NCBI GenBank assembly: GCA_963628465.1
Contig: CAVGEW010000040.1
Location: 4,539-68,538, forward strand
DNA: 64,000 bases
Reading direction: 5' to 3'
From: Agathobacter sp.
GTDB taxonomy: Bacteria; Bacillota_I; Bacilli_A; RF39; UBA660
Each line of letters starts with the position of its first letter. Position 1 is the first letter of the stretch. The notes below the pieces were generated by a model, which worked only from the letters and a program-made list of their open reading frames with translations, was not told the DNA's origin and made no database searches. The translations under genes and the position numbers were made by a program. This document shows, piece by piece, positions 50,035 through 59,646 of this stretch.

Positions 50035-51017
50035 TATTCCACCTCCAGACTAATAGCATGAGCAATCGCGGGAATTGTGGCATGCTGATTAACACTCGTT
50101 GGACTATGAAGAGCTCCAGTTGCCACTAGTAAAATCTTTTTATATTTTTTATTAAGCAATATCTTATTAAATAAAACTATAGGTAAACAAGCTGGACCAC
50201 TTCCCCCAGCATAAGTCTCTTGGCTATCTAAATAAAGTTCACAGCCAGCATCCAAACATTTTTTTAACTTTATATCATACACTATTTCTAAATAATCTTT
50301 TAAAATATTACTGCCTACACAACCTAAATCTCCAGTTAACACTAAATCATAATAACTTGCATCTCTTTTTAAATTATCTAAATGAACCGCGATAGTTGAT
50401 GCAGCAGCAGGTGCCATCGCTGCCCCTAAATTATTAGCATCAGTTACCCCCAAATCTACAGGAACACCAATCGTAGCACTTTCTATTTTTATTTTGCTAA
50501 AGTTTTTACTTAAAAGCGTTGCTACTGCTCCAGTTGTTGTAAATGTCGCAGTATGAGGTTTCGGAGCCCCATACTCAACTGGATATCTAAACTGTCTTTC
50601 CGCAGTTAGATTATGACTACTCGTAATATTTAAAGCTTTTTTTAACTTGCCGCTATCAAGCATTACAGCCCCCACAATTAAACCTTCTACAAAGGTTGCA
50701 CATGCCGAATAAAGACCTAAAAAAGGAATATTATAATCTCGTGCACTATAATTACTAATAGCTATTTGATTAGTTAAATCTCCCCCAACTAGTAAATCTA
50801 TGTTACTTAAAGCTAAATTATTTCTTCTAATAATATTATCTATCACAAGTTTTTGCATCTTTACTTCTGCTTGTTCAAAAGTCTTTTCCCCAATATAATA
50901 ATCATCCATCACTAAGTCAAGTCTTCTTAAATGGCTATTTTTCTCTAATGGACCTACAACTGTATAATAATCATTTAAATAAACATTTCTAAATTTAAAA
51001 CTAGCCATAAATAACAA
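50034..51017 (-). CDS. spoVAD: Stage V sporulation protein AD
   Basis: Thiolase-like fold protein of 327 aa in the spoVAC-D-Eb context. Confidence 0.85.
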   Translation of the reverse strand: MLFMASFKFRNVYLNDYYTVVGPLEKNSHLRRLDLVMDDYYIGEKTFEQAEVKMQKLVIDNIIRRNNLALSNIDLLVGGDLTNQIAISNYSARDYNIPFLGLYSACATFVEGLIVGAVMLDSGKLKKALNITSSHNLTAERQFRYPVEYGAPKPHTATFTTTGAVATLLSKNFSKIKIESATIGVPVDLGVTDANNLGAAMAPAAASTIAVHLDNLKRDASYYDLVLTGDLGCVGSNILKDYLEIVYDIKLKKCLDAGCELYLDSQETYAGGSGPACLPIVLFNKILLNKKYKKILLVATGALHSPTSVNQHATIPAIAHAISLEVE

Positions 51018-51438
51018 TCCTCACAATCACCAAAATAAACGCAGACACTATGCCATATAAAATAACTGAGCCCGCTAGTTTAAAAAAATTAGCGCCTAGT
51101 CCTGTTATCAAACCATCCTTTTTATACTCAAGAGCACTAGATGCCACACTATGAGCAAAACCTGTCGTAGGAATAATTAAGCCACACTTAGCTTTAGTTA
51201 CCCAAGAATCAAAAAAACCTAATGCAGTTAGAAATGAAGCCACGCCAATAACAATAAGAGCAACAATAAGACCAGTTTCAACTGATGAAAAAGCAAAACA
51301 ACTCTTTAAAATAACAGACAGAGCCTCTGCTAAAAAACCAATTAATCCCCCCACTAAAAAAGCCACTCCTATATTTTTAAGTTTCGCCTCTTTTGGAGTA
51401 TGCTTTTTAACTAATAACTTATAATCATCTTTATTCAT
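51001..51438 (-). CDS. spoVAC: Stage V sporulation protein AC
   Basis: 4-TM small protein. 'KHTPKEAKLKN..FLVGGLIG'. Confidence 0.8.
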   Translation of the reverse strand: MNKDDYKLLVKKHTPKEAKLKNIGVAFLVGGLIGFLAEALSVILKSCFAFSSVETGLIVALIVIGVASFLTALGFFDSWVTKAKCGLIIPTTGFAHSVASSALEYKKDGLITGLGANFFKLAGSVILYGIVSAFILVIVRIVIYG

Positions 51439-51470
51439 AAATATTCACCATTTATATTATGAATTAATTT

Positions 51471-52115
51471 TTATCTACTATACATGTAATTTTTCATTTT
51501 AGTTAAACTTCTTTTTTCATATCTCGACACCATTACTTGGGTTATACCTAGCTTTCTAGCCGTTTCACTTTGAGTTAAATCTTCATAATATCGACTTTTA
51601 ATAATATCTTTTTCCAAAGTATCTAAAGAATCTATACTATTTTTAAGTTCTAATTTATCATCTAAAGAAATAGCCTCTTCTTCCCTAAGTACTTCATGCA
51701 AACTTCTTTCATCACTTTTAACTTCATCTATAGATACAAAACTATTTGCAAAAGATAAAACTTGTTCTAACTTTTCTTCTTCCATCTCAAGGTAAGCCGC
51801 AAGCTCTTTATTTGATGGTTCACGCATTATTTCTTGGGCAAGTCTTACCCTACCTACATCTATCATTTTAAGAAGTTTATTAATGTCTTTATTTAGTTTA
51901 ATTTCCTTATTATTTGCTAATAAATACATTTCCCCAAAGATATAATTATAAGCATAAGTACTAAATTTAGTTGTACCATCATCATGAAAATTTTGATAAG
52001 CTTTAATAATACCAAGTACCCCAGCTTGATATAAATCATTTTTATCAACACCATAAAACTTCTTAGCAATAGTCCATATTAATCCTGCACTTGATTTAAT
52101 CAATTCCTCTAGCAT
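51471..52115 (-). CDS. Sporulation-type sigma factor (SigF/SigG-like, 214 aa)
   Basis: Sigma-70 region 2 'GLIWTIAKKF..YQAGVLGIIKA..F.TYA' and region 4 HTH 'LTQSETARKLGITQVMVSRYEKRSL'. Confidence 0.75.
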   Translation of the reverse strand: MLEELIKSSAGLIWTIAKKFYGVDKNDLYQAGVLGIIKAYQNFHDDGTTKFSTYAYNYIFGEMYLLANNKEIKLNKDINKLLKMIDVGRVRLAQEIMREPSNKELAAYLEMEEEKLEQVLSFANSFVSIDEVKSDERSLHEVLREEEAISLDDKLELKNSIDSLDTLEKDIIKSRYYEDLTQSETARKLGITQVMVSRYEKRSLTKMKNYMYSR

Positions 52116-52450
52116 TATAATGCCTCCATTTCTTTATAAGCTTCTACCTCTGTTTTAACAATTGGTAATTTCAAATATTTACATAAATAGACATTTGCAT
52201 TATTAACACCACACACCCTTATAGTCCCTTTATTACACTTAATATAGTATTTACTATTTAATAAAGAATCTATACCAGCATTATCTACCATTTCTAACTT
52301 CTCAAAATTATACACAAGATTCTTAATATCATGTTTCTTTATAACAGTATTTAGATAATTATTTATTTTAAAACTTGCTTTTCTATCTAAGATACCTTTA
52401 AGTCTCGCAAATAAAACTTCATTTTTATACTCTAACTCTAGTTTAAACAT
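52115..52450 (-). CDS. STAS-domain anti-sigma-factor antagonist (SpoIIAA-like)
   Basis: 111-aa STAS fold. The phosphoacceptor block reads 'MVDNAGIDSL' (Asn where Ser is expected). Confidence 0.6.
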   Translation of the reverse strand: MFKLELEYKNEVLFARLKGILDRKASFKINNYLNTVIKKHDIKNLVYNFEKLEMVDNAGIDSLLNSKYYIKCNKGTIRVCGVNNANVYLCKYLKLPIVKTEVEAYKEMEAL

Positions 52451-52598
52451 ATTTACATCTCCTTACATATCTAGTTTAGAGGATATTTTTCTAACTTTAA
52501 ACAGTTTCGACAAAACATGTCAATTTTCTTACACATTAGTTTACACACATTTTACACTTTCATTATATTAAAATATATGATATAATCTTTATGGGCTT

Positions 52599-52685
52599 GC
52601 CTGTATGGCGGAATCGGTAGACGCGATAGACTCAAAATCTATTTTCAGTGATGGAGTTCCAGTTCAAGTCTGGATACAGGCACCA
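52599..52685 (+). tRNA. tRNA-Leu (anticodon CAA), long variable arm
   Basis: Acceptor 'gcctgta'/'tacaggc', anticodon stem-loop 'ataga-ctCAAaa-tctat', T loop 'ttcaagt', CCA encoded. 87 nt. Confidence 0.9.
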
Positions 52686-52723
52686 ATTTAAAATTTACTA
52701 GATTTTTTATTTAGAAAAGAATA

Positions 52724-54091
52724 CTATGTTTCCACAATAGTATTCTTTTCTAATTTTTCATTCTTTATTTCTTTTGGTTTATCATTTACAAGATTCTTTC
52801 TTTTATCTTTTTTCTTACCCTTTTTCTTAGTTAAAATAATAATTATAATTATCATTAAAACAAGCACTCCACTAAAACCAAAAATAATATAAGTATAAAG
52901 GTCTACTTTTTTATTTAAATCTAATACATATTCATCATTATAATTAATAAGTGATTGCATCTTTTTATCATACATGTAAAAACCTTTATCACCAGTTTCA
53001 ACGTTAACACCATATATAATCACGTAGTTAGAATCTTTTTTATAGTAATATCCCTTTACTAAGATGCCATTTATTTCTATTTCGCCTTTGGTATATCCTT
53101 TAATTTCTTCACTAGATTCAAGTGGATATATTGTTATTTTATTAACACCTATTTCATAATAAGGTGTATATTTACTAGATTCTTCATCATATATAAATAG
53201 ACTAATACTTCCTTCTTCATCTTTTAGACCTACAAGAACTAAGTTAGTATATTCATTTTTATATGCTGGTATATCAAAATCATTTATTTTGACTATATAT
53301 TCTGCATAAAGACTTATCTCAGGTAAGTTTTCTTTTAACTTAACCACTGTGTAATTTTTACCATCAACTTCCACATTTATAGGGTTTTCGTCTTTTACTT
53401 CCACATTAACTACATATGTTTTTTCAGCTCCACTTTGGGCTCTTACCACTATTTCAAATTTATTTGTGCCAGGTACAACAGTTTTTGTTCCATCGCCTGT
53501 TACAGATGCTGTTTTATCTTGAAGTGAAGCAATAATATTTACTTCTTTAGTTCCTTCAGGAACAACTAGGTTATATTCCAAAGTATCGGCATTAAATTCA
53601 GGCGTTAAAGTAAAACCTTCGACTTCTAGAGTTTTTAAGCTGTTATTTTTTGAATAACTTGCTTCAAGTTCGGCTTGAGTTATGATATTAATAGTTTTGC
53701 TACTACTAGTAAGAGTTATTTGACTTAAATCATCAAACGCATAAGCTAGATAACTATCAACAACAACTTTAGTACTTCCTTTTTTCAGTGTTTTAAACGT
53801 AAATGTATATGACTTACTTTTGATGCCCGTCGAGCTTGATGCAGCCATTCGGTTTCCATTACTTTCTGCATTAGTACTTTTAAGTTGTAAATAATTTTTA
53901 TCATAATTAAGAGACATTTCCCAACTACCTATCGAAGTTGCACTTGAAATAGTTACTGTTACAACTACATTATTGCCTACGACAACCGTAGATGAACTAG
54001 CAACCGTTATTTTTCCACTTGCAGCACTCGCCACACTAGGGAAAGCTATTAAACAAAATAAACTAATAAATAATATTTTTATTTTTTTCAT
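52724..54091 (-). CDS. Cohesin-domain + cadherin-like beta-sandwich surface protein, C-terminal TM anchor
   Basis: Signal peptide. Cohesin-like 'VVVTVTISSATSIGSWEMSLNYDKNYLQL'. Cadherin-like 'LKTLEVEGFTLTPEFNADTLEYNLVV'. TM plus KKKGKKKDKRK. Confidence 0.55.
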   Translation of the reverse strand: MKKIKILFISLFCLIAFPSVASAASGKITVASSSTVVVGNNVVVTVTISSATSIGSWEMSLNYDKNYLQLKSTNAESNGNRMAASSSTGIKSKSYTFTFKTLKKGSTKVVVDSYLAYAFDDLSQITLTSSSKTINIITQAELEASYSKNNSLKTLEVEGFTLTPEFNADTLEYNLVVPEGTKEVNIIASLQDKTASVTGDGTKTVVPGTNKFEIVVRAQSGAEKTYVVNVEVKDENPINVEVDGKNYTVVKLKENLPEISLYAEYIVKINDFDIPAYKNEYTNLVLVGLKDEEGSISLFIYDEESSKYTPYYEIGVNKITIYPLESSEEIKGYTKGEIEINGILVKGYYYKKDSNYVIIYGVNVETGDKGFYMYDKKMQSLINYNDEYVLDLNKKVDLYTYIIFGFSGVLVLMIIIIIILTKKKGKKKDKRKNLVNDKPKEIKNEKLEKNTIVET

Positions 54092-54104
54092 TTTCCACTC
54101 CTTC

Positions 54105-55859
54105 TTACTGCTCTATTTCATAAGTACCTAAAATTCTTTTTTGTACTTGCAACAAATCTAAAGCATTAACTTGCCCATCTTTTGAGGTGTCCGCAGCCTC
54201 AAGATAAGCTCCAGTTAAAGTATATGTACCCAAGATATTTTTTTGAACTTGCAATAAATCTAAGGCATTTATAATGCCATCACCAGATGTATCTCCCTTT
54301 ATAACAACTTCTAAAATTTCTGTGCTATTTTGATTGTTTATAGTTATTTTATCACCAGTTGCAATCACGCCACTAGTTTTACTATTGTTATTTGCATCCA
54401 TAATGCTTACAGTTGCATTCCCACCAACAGCTTGCAAAGCGCCTTTCACAGAAGCAACATCACTGCCTAAGGCAATACCTGAAATATATTTTGATGTATA
54501 TTTATAACCGCTTGATGTTACAATTGTTGAAATAGGAATGCTAGTAGGATTTGGAGTATCATTTTTATCATCATCGACTGCCCCATTGCTACTATTATTA
54601 ATTGTAGAATTCATATTATTATAAACAGGAATCTTAAATGTTAATTCAAGACCAAGTAAGTTATTTTTTTCATAAGCATTATATGAGGTACTTGCCTCAC
54701 TCATTGCGCCCGCTAAATTAGTCATATATTGATGAGTAAATAGTTTACCTTCGCTGCTTGTTGCCACATTAAACTTTTGTAAATAACCAGTATATTGGTC
54801 TTTTAAAATATAACCACCAGCGAACTGGTCTATTCCTCCGTTTATTGCTGCTACGACACCATTCCAACCAGATTTAACTGCATAAGTAAGACCACAATAA
54901 GTTGTGCCATAATTTGCAACACAAGTATCAGTAACGCCAAAATTAAAGAAATTATAGTAATCTAAATAATCAGCCGTAGTTCCTTTATAAAGATTTTCAA
55001 GGCTAGTTCCTGTGCCAAGTTCTACTCTCATCTTAGATGCTATTGCTATCGGACTCGCTTTATCTACACTACCAGCAATAATTATATCTTTTAAATCTAG
55101 TTTGTTCTTCGCTACATTTAAATGATAATTATAAAAATCAGCCCCCGTTAAAATAGTTGAAACAGCACTTGGATAACTATTAACCAAGAGATTATCATAA
55201 GATTGGTCAAGGAATTGAAATATATACTTTTCTGTAAAAGAGTTTCGAGGGTCCATATAATAAGCTACTCCTGTTTGTGAAGGTGCAACATAACCACCGG
55301 GTGACGTTGCTGTACATGTTTCATCAAAGAATGTTTTATCATAAGTACCCTTATAAATATAGTTTCGACCACATTCACTTTCTCTATTTACAACATAAGA
55401 CCAGTCCATATTAATATTTATAGCTTTGAAAGACCAAGTGGGATGATTTTCTTTTAAATCACAAAGACCTCCCCAATAACTTGAAGGAATCCCTGCCTGA
55501 CTTAATGTTTTCTCACATTCAGTTGAGGGAGGAACATCATCACTAGTATAAGATTTAATTAATAAAACATCATCACTACATACATATCCATCAACATCTG
55601 TATAATAACTCATATGATACCAACCGCCATTACATCTTAAATGATTGTTAACATCATCATACAATTTATCATCTTTGAGTAAATAATAATCATTTTTATA
55701 AAGAAGACCTACTCTTTTTCCATTAGTTCCTCCTGGGTCATACCTTAAATTAGTTTGATTATATAATATTTTAACTCTATATGTATAAGAAGCAGCTTTA
55801 ACATTTAAAACCCACGCAAAGGACAAAACAATAGTAATAATAAATATAATTTTTTTCAT
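54105..55859 (-). CDS. Secreted SH3b + putative N-acetylglucosaminidase-like peptidoglycan hydrolase with C-terminal type-I dockerin
   Basis: Start moved to the internal Met 'MKKIIF..' with an AGGAGG RBS. 'YYMDPRNSFTEKYIFQFLD' resembles glucosaminidase family blocks. Tandem dockerin repeats 'GDTSGDGIINALDLLQVQKNILG'/'KDGQVNALDLLQVQKRILG'. Confidence 0.55.
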   Translation of the reverse strand: MKKIIFIITIVLSFAWVLNVKAASYTYRVKILYNQTNLRYDPGGTNGKRVGLLYKNDYYLLKDDKLYDDVNNHLRCNGGWYHMSYYTDVDGYVCSDDVLLIKSYTSDDVPPSTECEKTLSQAGIPSSYWGGLCDLKENHPTWSFKAININMDWSYVVNRESECGRNYIYKGTYDKTFFDETCTATSPGGYVAPSQTGVAYYMDPRNSFTEKYIFQFLDQSYDNLLVNSYPSAVSTILTGADFYNYHLNVAKNKLDLKDIIIAGSVDKASPIAIASKMRVELGTGTSLENLYKGTTADYLDYYNFFNFGVTDTCVANYGTTYCGLTYAVKSGWNGVVAAINGGIDQFAGGYILKDQYTGYLQKFNVATSSEGKLFTHQYMTNLAGAMSEASTSYNAYEKNNLLGLELTFKIPVYNNMNSTINNSSNGAVDDDKNDTPNPTSIPISTIVTSSGYKYTSKYISGIALGSDVASVKGALQAVGGNATVSIMDANNNSKTSGVIATGDKITINNQNSTEILEVVIKGDTSGDGIINALDLLQVQKNILGTYTLTGAYLEAADTSKDGQVNALDLLQVQKRILGTYEIEQ

Positions 55860-55957
55860 GTCAAATCCTCCTTGTATCATAATAATTATACCAAAGTACA
55901 AGCAAACTTACAATTTATTTACACTTTAAAAAGTAAATAAATGTAAAAGAAAAAAAG

Positions 55958-56425
55958 CTACTTAAAATATATGCGAGCTTTAGATAAATTTTTAAGCCTA
56001 TTTATTTTAATATAGCTTTGAGTTGATGAAAAGATTAAACTGTAAAGAGAACCGCAAATAGATACCCAACCTGACATTAAAATTATATCTCTTAAAATAC
56101 TAGCAAATCCAGTGTAATAAAGAATAATTAAAGCAATACCTATTACTAAAAGAATCGCTTTTCTATCTTGTTCTTTTTCATAAGCATACAACATATCTTT
56201 AACCATAATACCATAATTTTTTCTTATAATATCTATCATATTTTGTTTCTCTTCATCATTTATTTTAACTTTACTATCAATATTTATAATTATTTTATCT
56301 TTATGACTTCCTTCAAGACTTTCTTTATATATATAGTTACTTAAATTTTCATTTATTTTATGATTATTAAACTTATTATAGAAATCACTTTTTTTATTTA
56401 GATTAACTAGTATCTTCGTTGTCAT
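55958..56425 (-). CDS. Hypothetical 2-TM membrane protein
   Basis: 155 aa with C-terminal hydrophobic helices. Immediately upstream (in operon order) of the dockerin hydrolase. Confidence 0.4.
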   Translation of the reverse strand: MTTKILVNLNKKSDFYNKFNNHKINENLSNYIYKESLEGSHKDKIIINIDSKVKINDEEKQNMIDIIRKNYGIMVKDMLYAYEKEQDRKAILLVIGIALIILYYTGFASILRDIILMSGWVSICGSLYSLIFSSTQSYIKINRLKNLSKARIYFK

Positions 56426-56428
56426 TTA

Positions 56429-57649
56429 TTACCTCTTTTCATCTACATAACGAATATTTATATCAACATCACCGCTTATGCCATCTACCCTACCATTACT
56501 ACACATTTGCCAAAAATCATAATCACCAGTATAGTTTGTATTTTTAGTATAATGAGCTAACCATACAGGATAACCTGTAGAAAGCCAAATATTTTCTAAA
56601 TATGTTTTACTACTATAAAGCATTGCCTCATACCCAGCTTCTTTTATAGTATCCATAAAACCTTTAGCAATGTTTGTAAGTCCAAAGAAACTAACATCAA
56701 ACTGATTAAAACTACTCCAATTTTCCCAGTCAAAAGCAATTGGTAAATCAACTTTATAATCTTTGATTTGCTCAACTATCCATTTCGCATCACTTACCGC
56801 TCTATCATAGGTACTTGCATAAGAATAAAAATAGATGCCTACGGGAATTCCTACTGCATTGGCATTTTCTATATTTTGTACAAATTTACTATCCACAAAA
56901 TTATCCCCATTAATGCCAGTTGATGAACCTACTCTTATAATGATAAATTCAACACCCGCAGCCTTTAACTTACTAAAATCAATATTCCCTTGCCACTTAG
57001 ATACATCAATACCTATCTGTGTTTCACTAGTTTTATAATCGCTTTTTACATCATTAAACAAAGTCGTTGTCTTACTAGAGGTAGAACTACTTGTATTCTT
57101 AGCTTTATTAACATTTAAAGAAAATTCTTTTTCAGTTTTATTACCACTTGAATCTTCTGCTTTAAATACAAGTTTATAAGATCCTACTTCATTTAAGTCA
57201 TATTCACCCTCAATTAAACAAGAAGGCTTACTATCGTAGTTATCCCCACACATTATTTTATCAAGTAAATTATCTTCACTACCTACGTTTACATTATAGC
57301 TTTTGCCAAGCCAAATAATCGGTGCCTCATTATCCACCACATTTATTTCATAACTATATTTAATCTTTATTCCATCGTCATTTATATATTCAAACACAAT
57401 ATCTTTTTTACCTAATTTTTCAGTATCAATTACATAATCATCTATTATTTTTCCATTGATACTTTCTATAAAAGAAGATACTTTATAAGTATCAGCAAAT
57501 TCTGCATTAAGTTCATCTACCAAAGTTATTTCTACTTTCGCAGTTTTAACTCTAATATATTTATATAAAAAATATCCCCCTATAGTAAGAATTACTACAG
57601 CAAACAAGATGCAAACTATTATTACTACTTTCTTTTTGTTCATAAGCAC
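56429..57649 (-). CDS. Membrane-anchored GH25 muramidase (lysozyme) with Ig-like domain
   Basis: 'GIDVSKWQGNIDFSKLKAAGVEFIIIRVGSS' GH25 N-terminal catalytic block, 'DWENW' region, N-terminal TM. Confidence 0.75.
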   Translation of the reverse strand: MLMNKKKVVIIVCILFAVVILTIGGYFLYKYIRVKTAKVEITLVDELNAEFADTYKVSSFIESINGKIIDDYVIDTEKLGKKDIVFEYINDDGIKIKYSYEINVVDNEAPIIWLGKSYNVNVGSEDNLLDKIMCGDNYDSKPSCLIEGEYDLNEVGSYKLVFKAEDSSGNKTEKEFSLNVNKAKNTSSSTSSKTTTLFNDVKSDYKTSETQIGIDVSKWQGNIDFSKLKAAGVEFIIIRVGSSTGINGDNFVDSKFVQNIENANAVGIPVGIYFYSYASTYDRAVSDAKWIVEQIKDYKVDLPIAFDWENWSSFNQFDVSFFGLTNIAKGFMDTIKEAGYEAMLYSSKTYLENIWLSTGYPVWLAHYTKNTNYTGDYDFWQMCSNGRVDGISGDVDINIRYVDEKR

Positions 57650-57652
57650 CTA

Positions 57653-58036
57653 TTAAATCCATTTAGAAATATATATAACTCTTGTAGTATATTCTTCATA
57701 ATTATCAAATATTTGTAGTATAGAACGTATAATTTCTTTTAAAATATCTTTAGCATCTTTTCTAATTCTAATTTGCATTATTTGTTTTTGCATTTCTTTT
57801 CTAAATAAATAATCATCTATATACTTATTTACTACTTTATCTAAATTAATAACACTTTCAACATCTTCAGGATTATTTACATCAATTCTAAAGATATATT
57901 CTTGATAAAGTTTAATTAATTTCTTAGATACAATATCTTCTTCATAAGGACTAAATTCTATTATTTTATAAAAGTTTGGACATAACCCAATTATTTGTTT
58001 ATTTGTTTGCATAACATCACCATCTATCTTTACCAT
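57653..58036 (-). CDS. Hypothetical cytoplasmic protein
   Basis: 127-aa ORF with no recognisable motif. Confidence 0.35.
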   Translation of the reverse strand: MVKIDGDVMQTNKQIIGLCPNFYKIIEFSPYEEDIVSKKLIKLYQEYIFRIDVNNPEDVESVINLDKVVNKYIDDYLFRKEMQKQIMQIRIRKDAKDILKEIIRSILQIFDNYEEYTTRVIYISKWI

Positions 58037-58077
58037 AAGTTTACTACATTTAAAAACATTTGTAAATATAAAAATAG

Positions 58078-59646
58078 TTATTTTTCAAATTTCATCAAAA
58101 ACTCAGTTTTTAACCCTTTTCGTGGTTTTTTAACAAGTTCAATTTTCCCTTTATGCATTTCCACAAGATTTTTTACAATGGCCAGACCTAACCCATTACC
58201 CTCACCAGAAGTTCTAGCATTATTACTAGTTATAAATGGTTCAAATAATTTATCTTTAATACTCTTATCAATACCAACTCCATCATCACCAACAATAATT
58301 TTTAAGCCATCATCTACTTCCATTTTAAAATAAATCGTTGTTCCTTTTTTATTATATTTAATGGAATTATTAATAAGATTATCATATATTCTACGAAAAG
58401 CTTTTTCATCTATATCAAACATTATTTTATCAAGGATTATATCAACCTCAAGATTCATGTCAGCATCTTCGATTTCATTATATTTTTCGGCCAAATAATT
58501 TCTTGTAAACTTTACTAAATCTATTTTATTTTTATTTAAAATATAATCAGGATGGTCTAGTTTAGCATATAAAAACAGTGAATCAATAGTATCAGATGCC
58601 ACGAGAGATTTATCATAGATACTTTGCATATATGCTCTTTTTTTATCATTAGGCACCAAGTCATCTAAGAACGCTTTAGAATAACCACATATAACTGTAA
58701 GGGGTGTCTTTAAATCATGTGATAAATTAGCAATAACTTTTTGTTTATCTTCATAAACCTTAGCTTTTTCTTCATTGCTTTCCTTTAGCTTTTTCATCAA
58801 ATTTTCAAAACTACAGGCAACTTCTTCGAATTCTTTAGGTAAGTATTCTTCCCTTTTTAATGTATTATCACTTTCATAAGAAGCAATAACTTTATTTAAA
58901 ACGTTTAAACTTTTTTTTACTTTTCTATTAAACAAGATAGTCTCCGCAACAATTAAGATAAGCAAGATAGGTACCGATACAAACCAAACCTTTTCGGATT
59001 TTTCCACTGCTGCATCATAACTTTCAGTTGTAAATGTAGGTGACATAAACAAAAGAGTTCTTTTGGTATTATCTAGATTACTTTTAAATTCATACTTTTC
59101 TACCATTTGAAAATCGCTATAATAGCCATTTAAAAGTTCTAGTTCCCTTTTAGTTAAACTAGTTTTATCATTAAATAGATCACCTTCAATAACATCTAAG
59201 TCAGAATTAAGATAGACATGACCAACAACTATCTCTTCTTCAGCATCTTCATCATAAGTAGTTTTATATATTTTATAAATTATTTTATTATTCTTTTCTT
59301 TAAAATTATAAACATTATAATAATAAGTTCCATTATAATCGGAAATAAATTCTAAATCATCACCACTTATTACATCAGCACTTACCCTATTATATATAAG
59401 CTCATTATTTTCATCATATATTGCAAAATCACAACCTGGAAGTTTAGATAAAGGAATTCCATCATAATCTTCATACTCTAGTTTTTCTTCATATCTCAAA
59501 AAATCATCAAGAGTTAAAAAACTATTGTTAAGTCGCCAATTAATTAAAAATATTGTAGCAAATGTAACACCTAAGATGATTAAAGTATAAATAGCAAATT
59601 GAAAAATAATATATTTACTAAAACTATAATTCTTCTTTGTTTTCAA
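58078..59646 (-). CDS. Sensor histidine kinase (2 TM, about 170-aa extracytoplasmic domain)
   Basis: HisKA 'LSHDLKTPLTV', HATPase 'GDDGVGID', 'GEGNGLGLAIVK'. Confidence 0.85.
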   Translation of the reverse strand: MKTKKNYSFSKYIIFQFAIYTLIILGVTFATIFLINWRLNNSFLTLDDFLRYEEKLEYEDYDGIPLSKLPGCDFAIYDENNELIYNRVSADVISGDDLEFISDYNGTYYYNVYNFKEKNNKIIYKIYKTTYDEDAEEEIVVGHVYLNSDLDVIEGDLFNDKTSLTKRELELLNGYYSDFQMVEKYEFKSNLDNTKRTLLFMSPTFTTESYDAAVEKSEKVWFVSVPILLILIVAETILFNRKVKKSLNVLNKVIASYESDNTLKREEYLPKEFEEVACSFENLMKKLKESNEEKAKVYEDKQKVIANLSHDLKTPLTVICGYSKAFLDDLVPNDKKRAYMQSIYDKSLVASDTIDSLFLYAKLDHPDYILNKNKIDLVKFTRNYLAEKYNEIEDADMNLEVDIILDKIMFDIDEKAFRRIYDNLINNSIKYNKKGTTIYFKMEVDDGLKIIVGDDGVGIDKSIKDKLFEPFITSNNARTSGEGNGLGLAIVKNLVEMHKGKIELVKKPRKGLKTEFLMKFEK

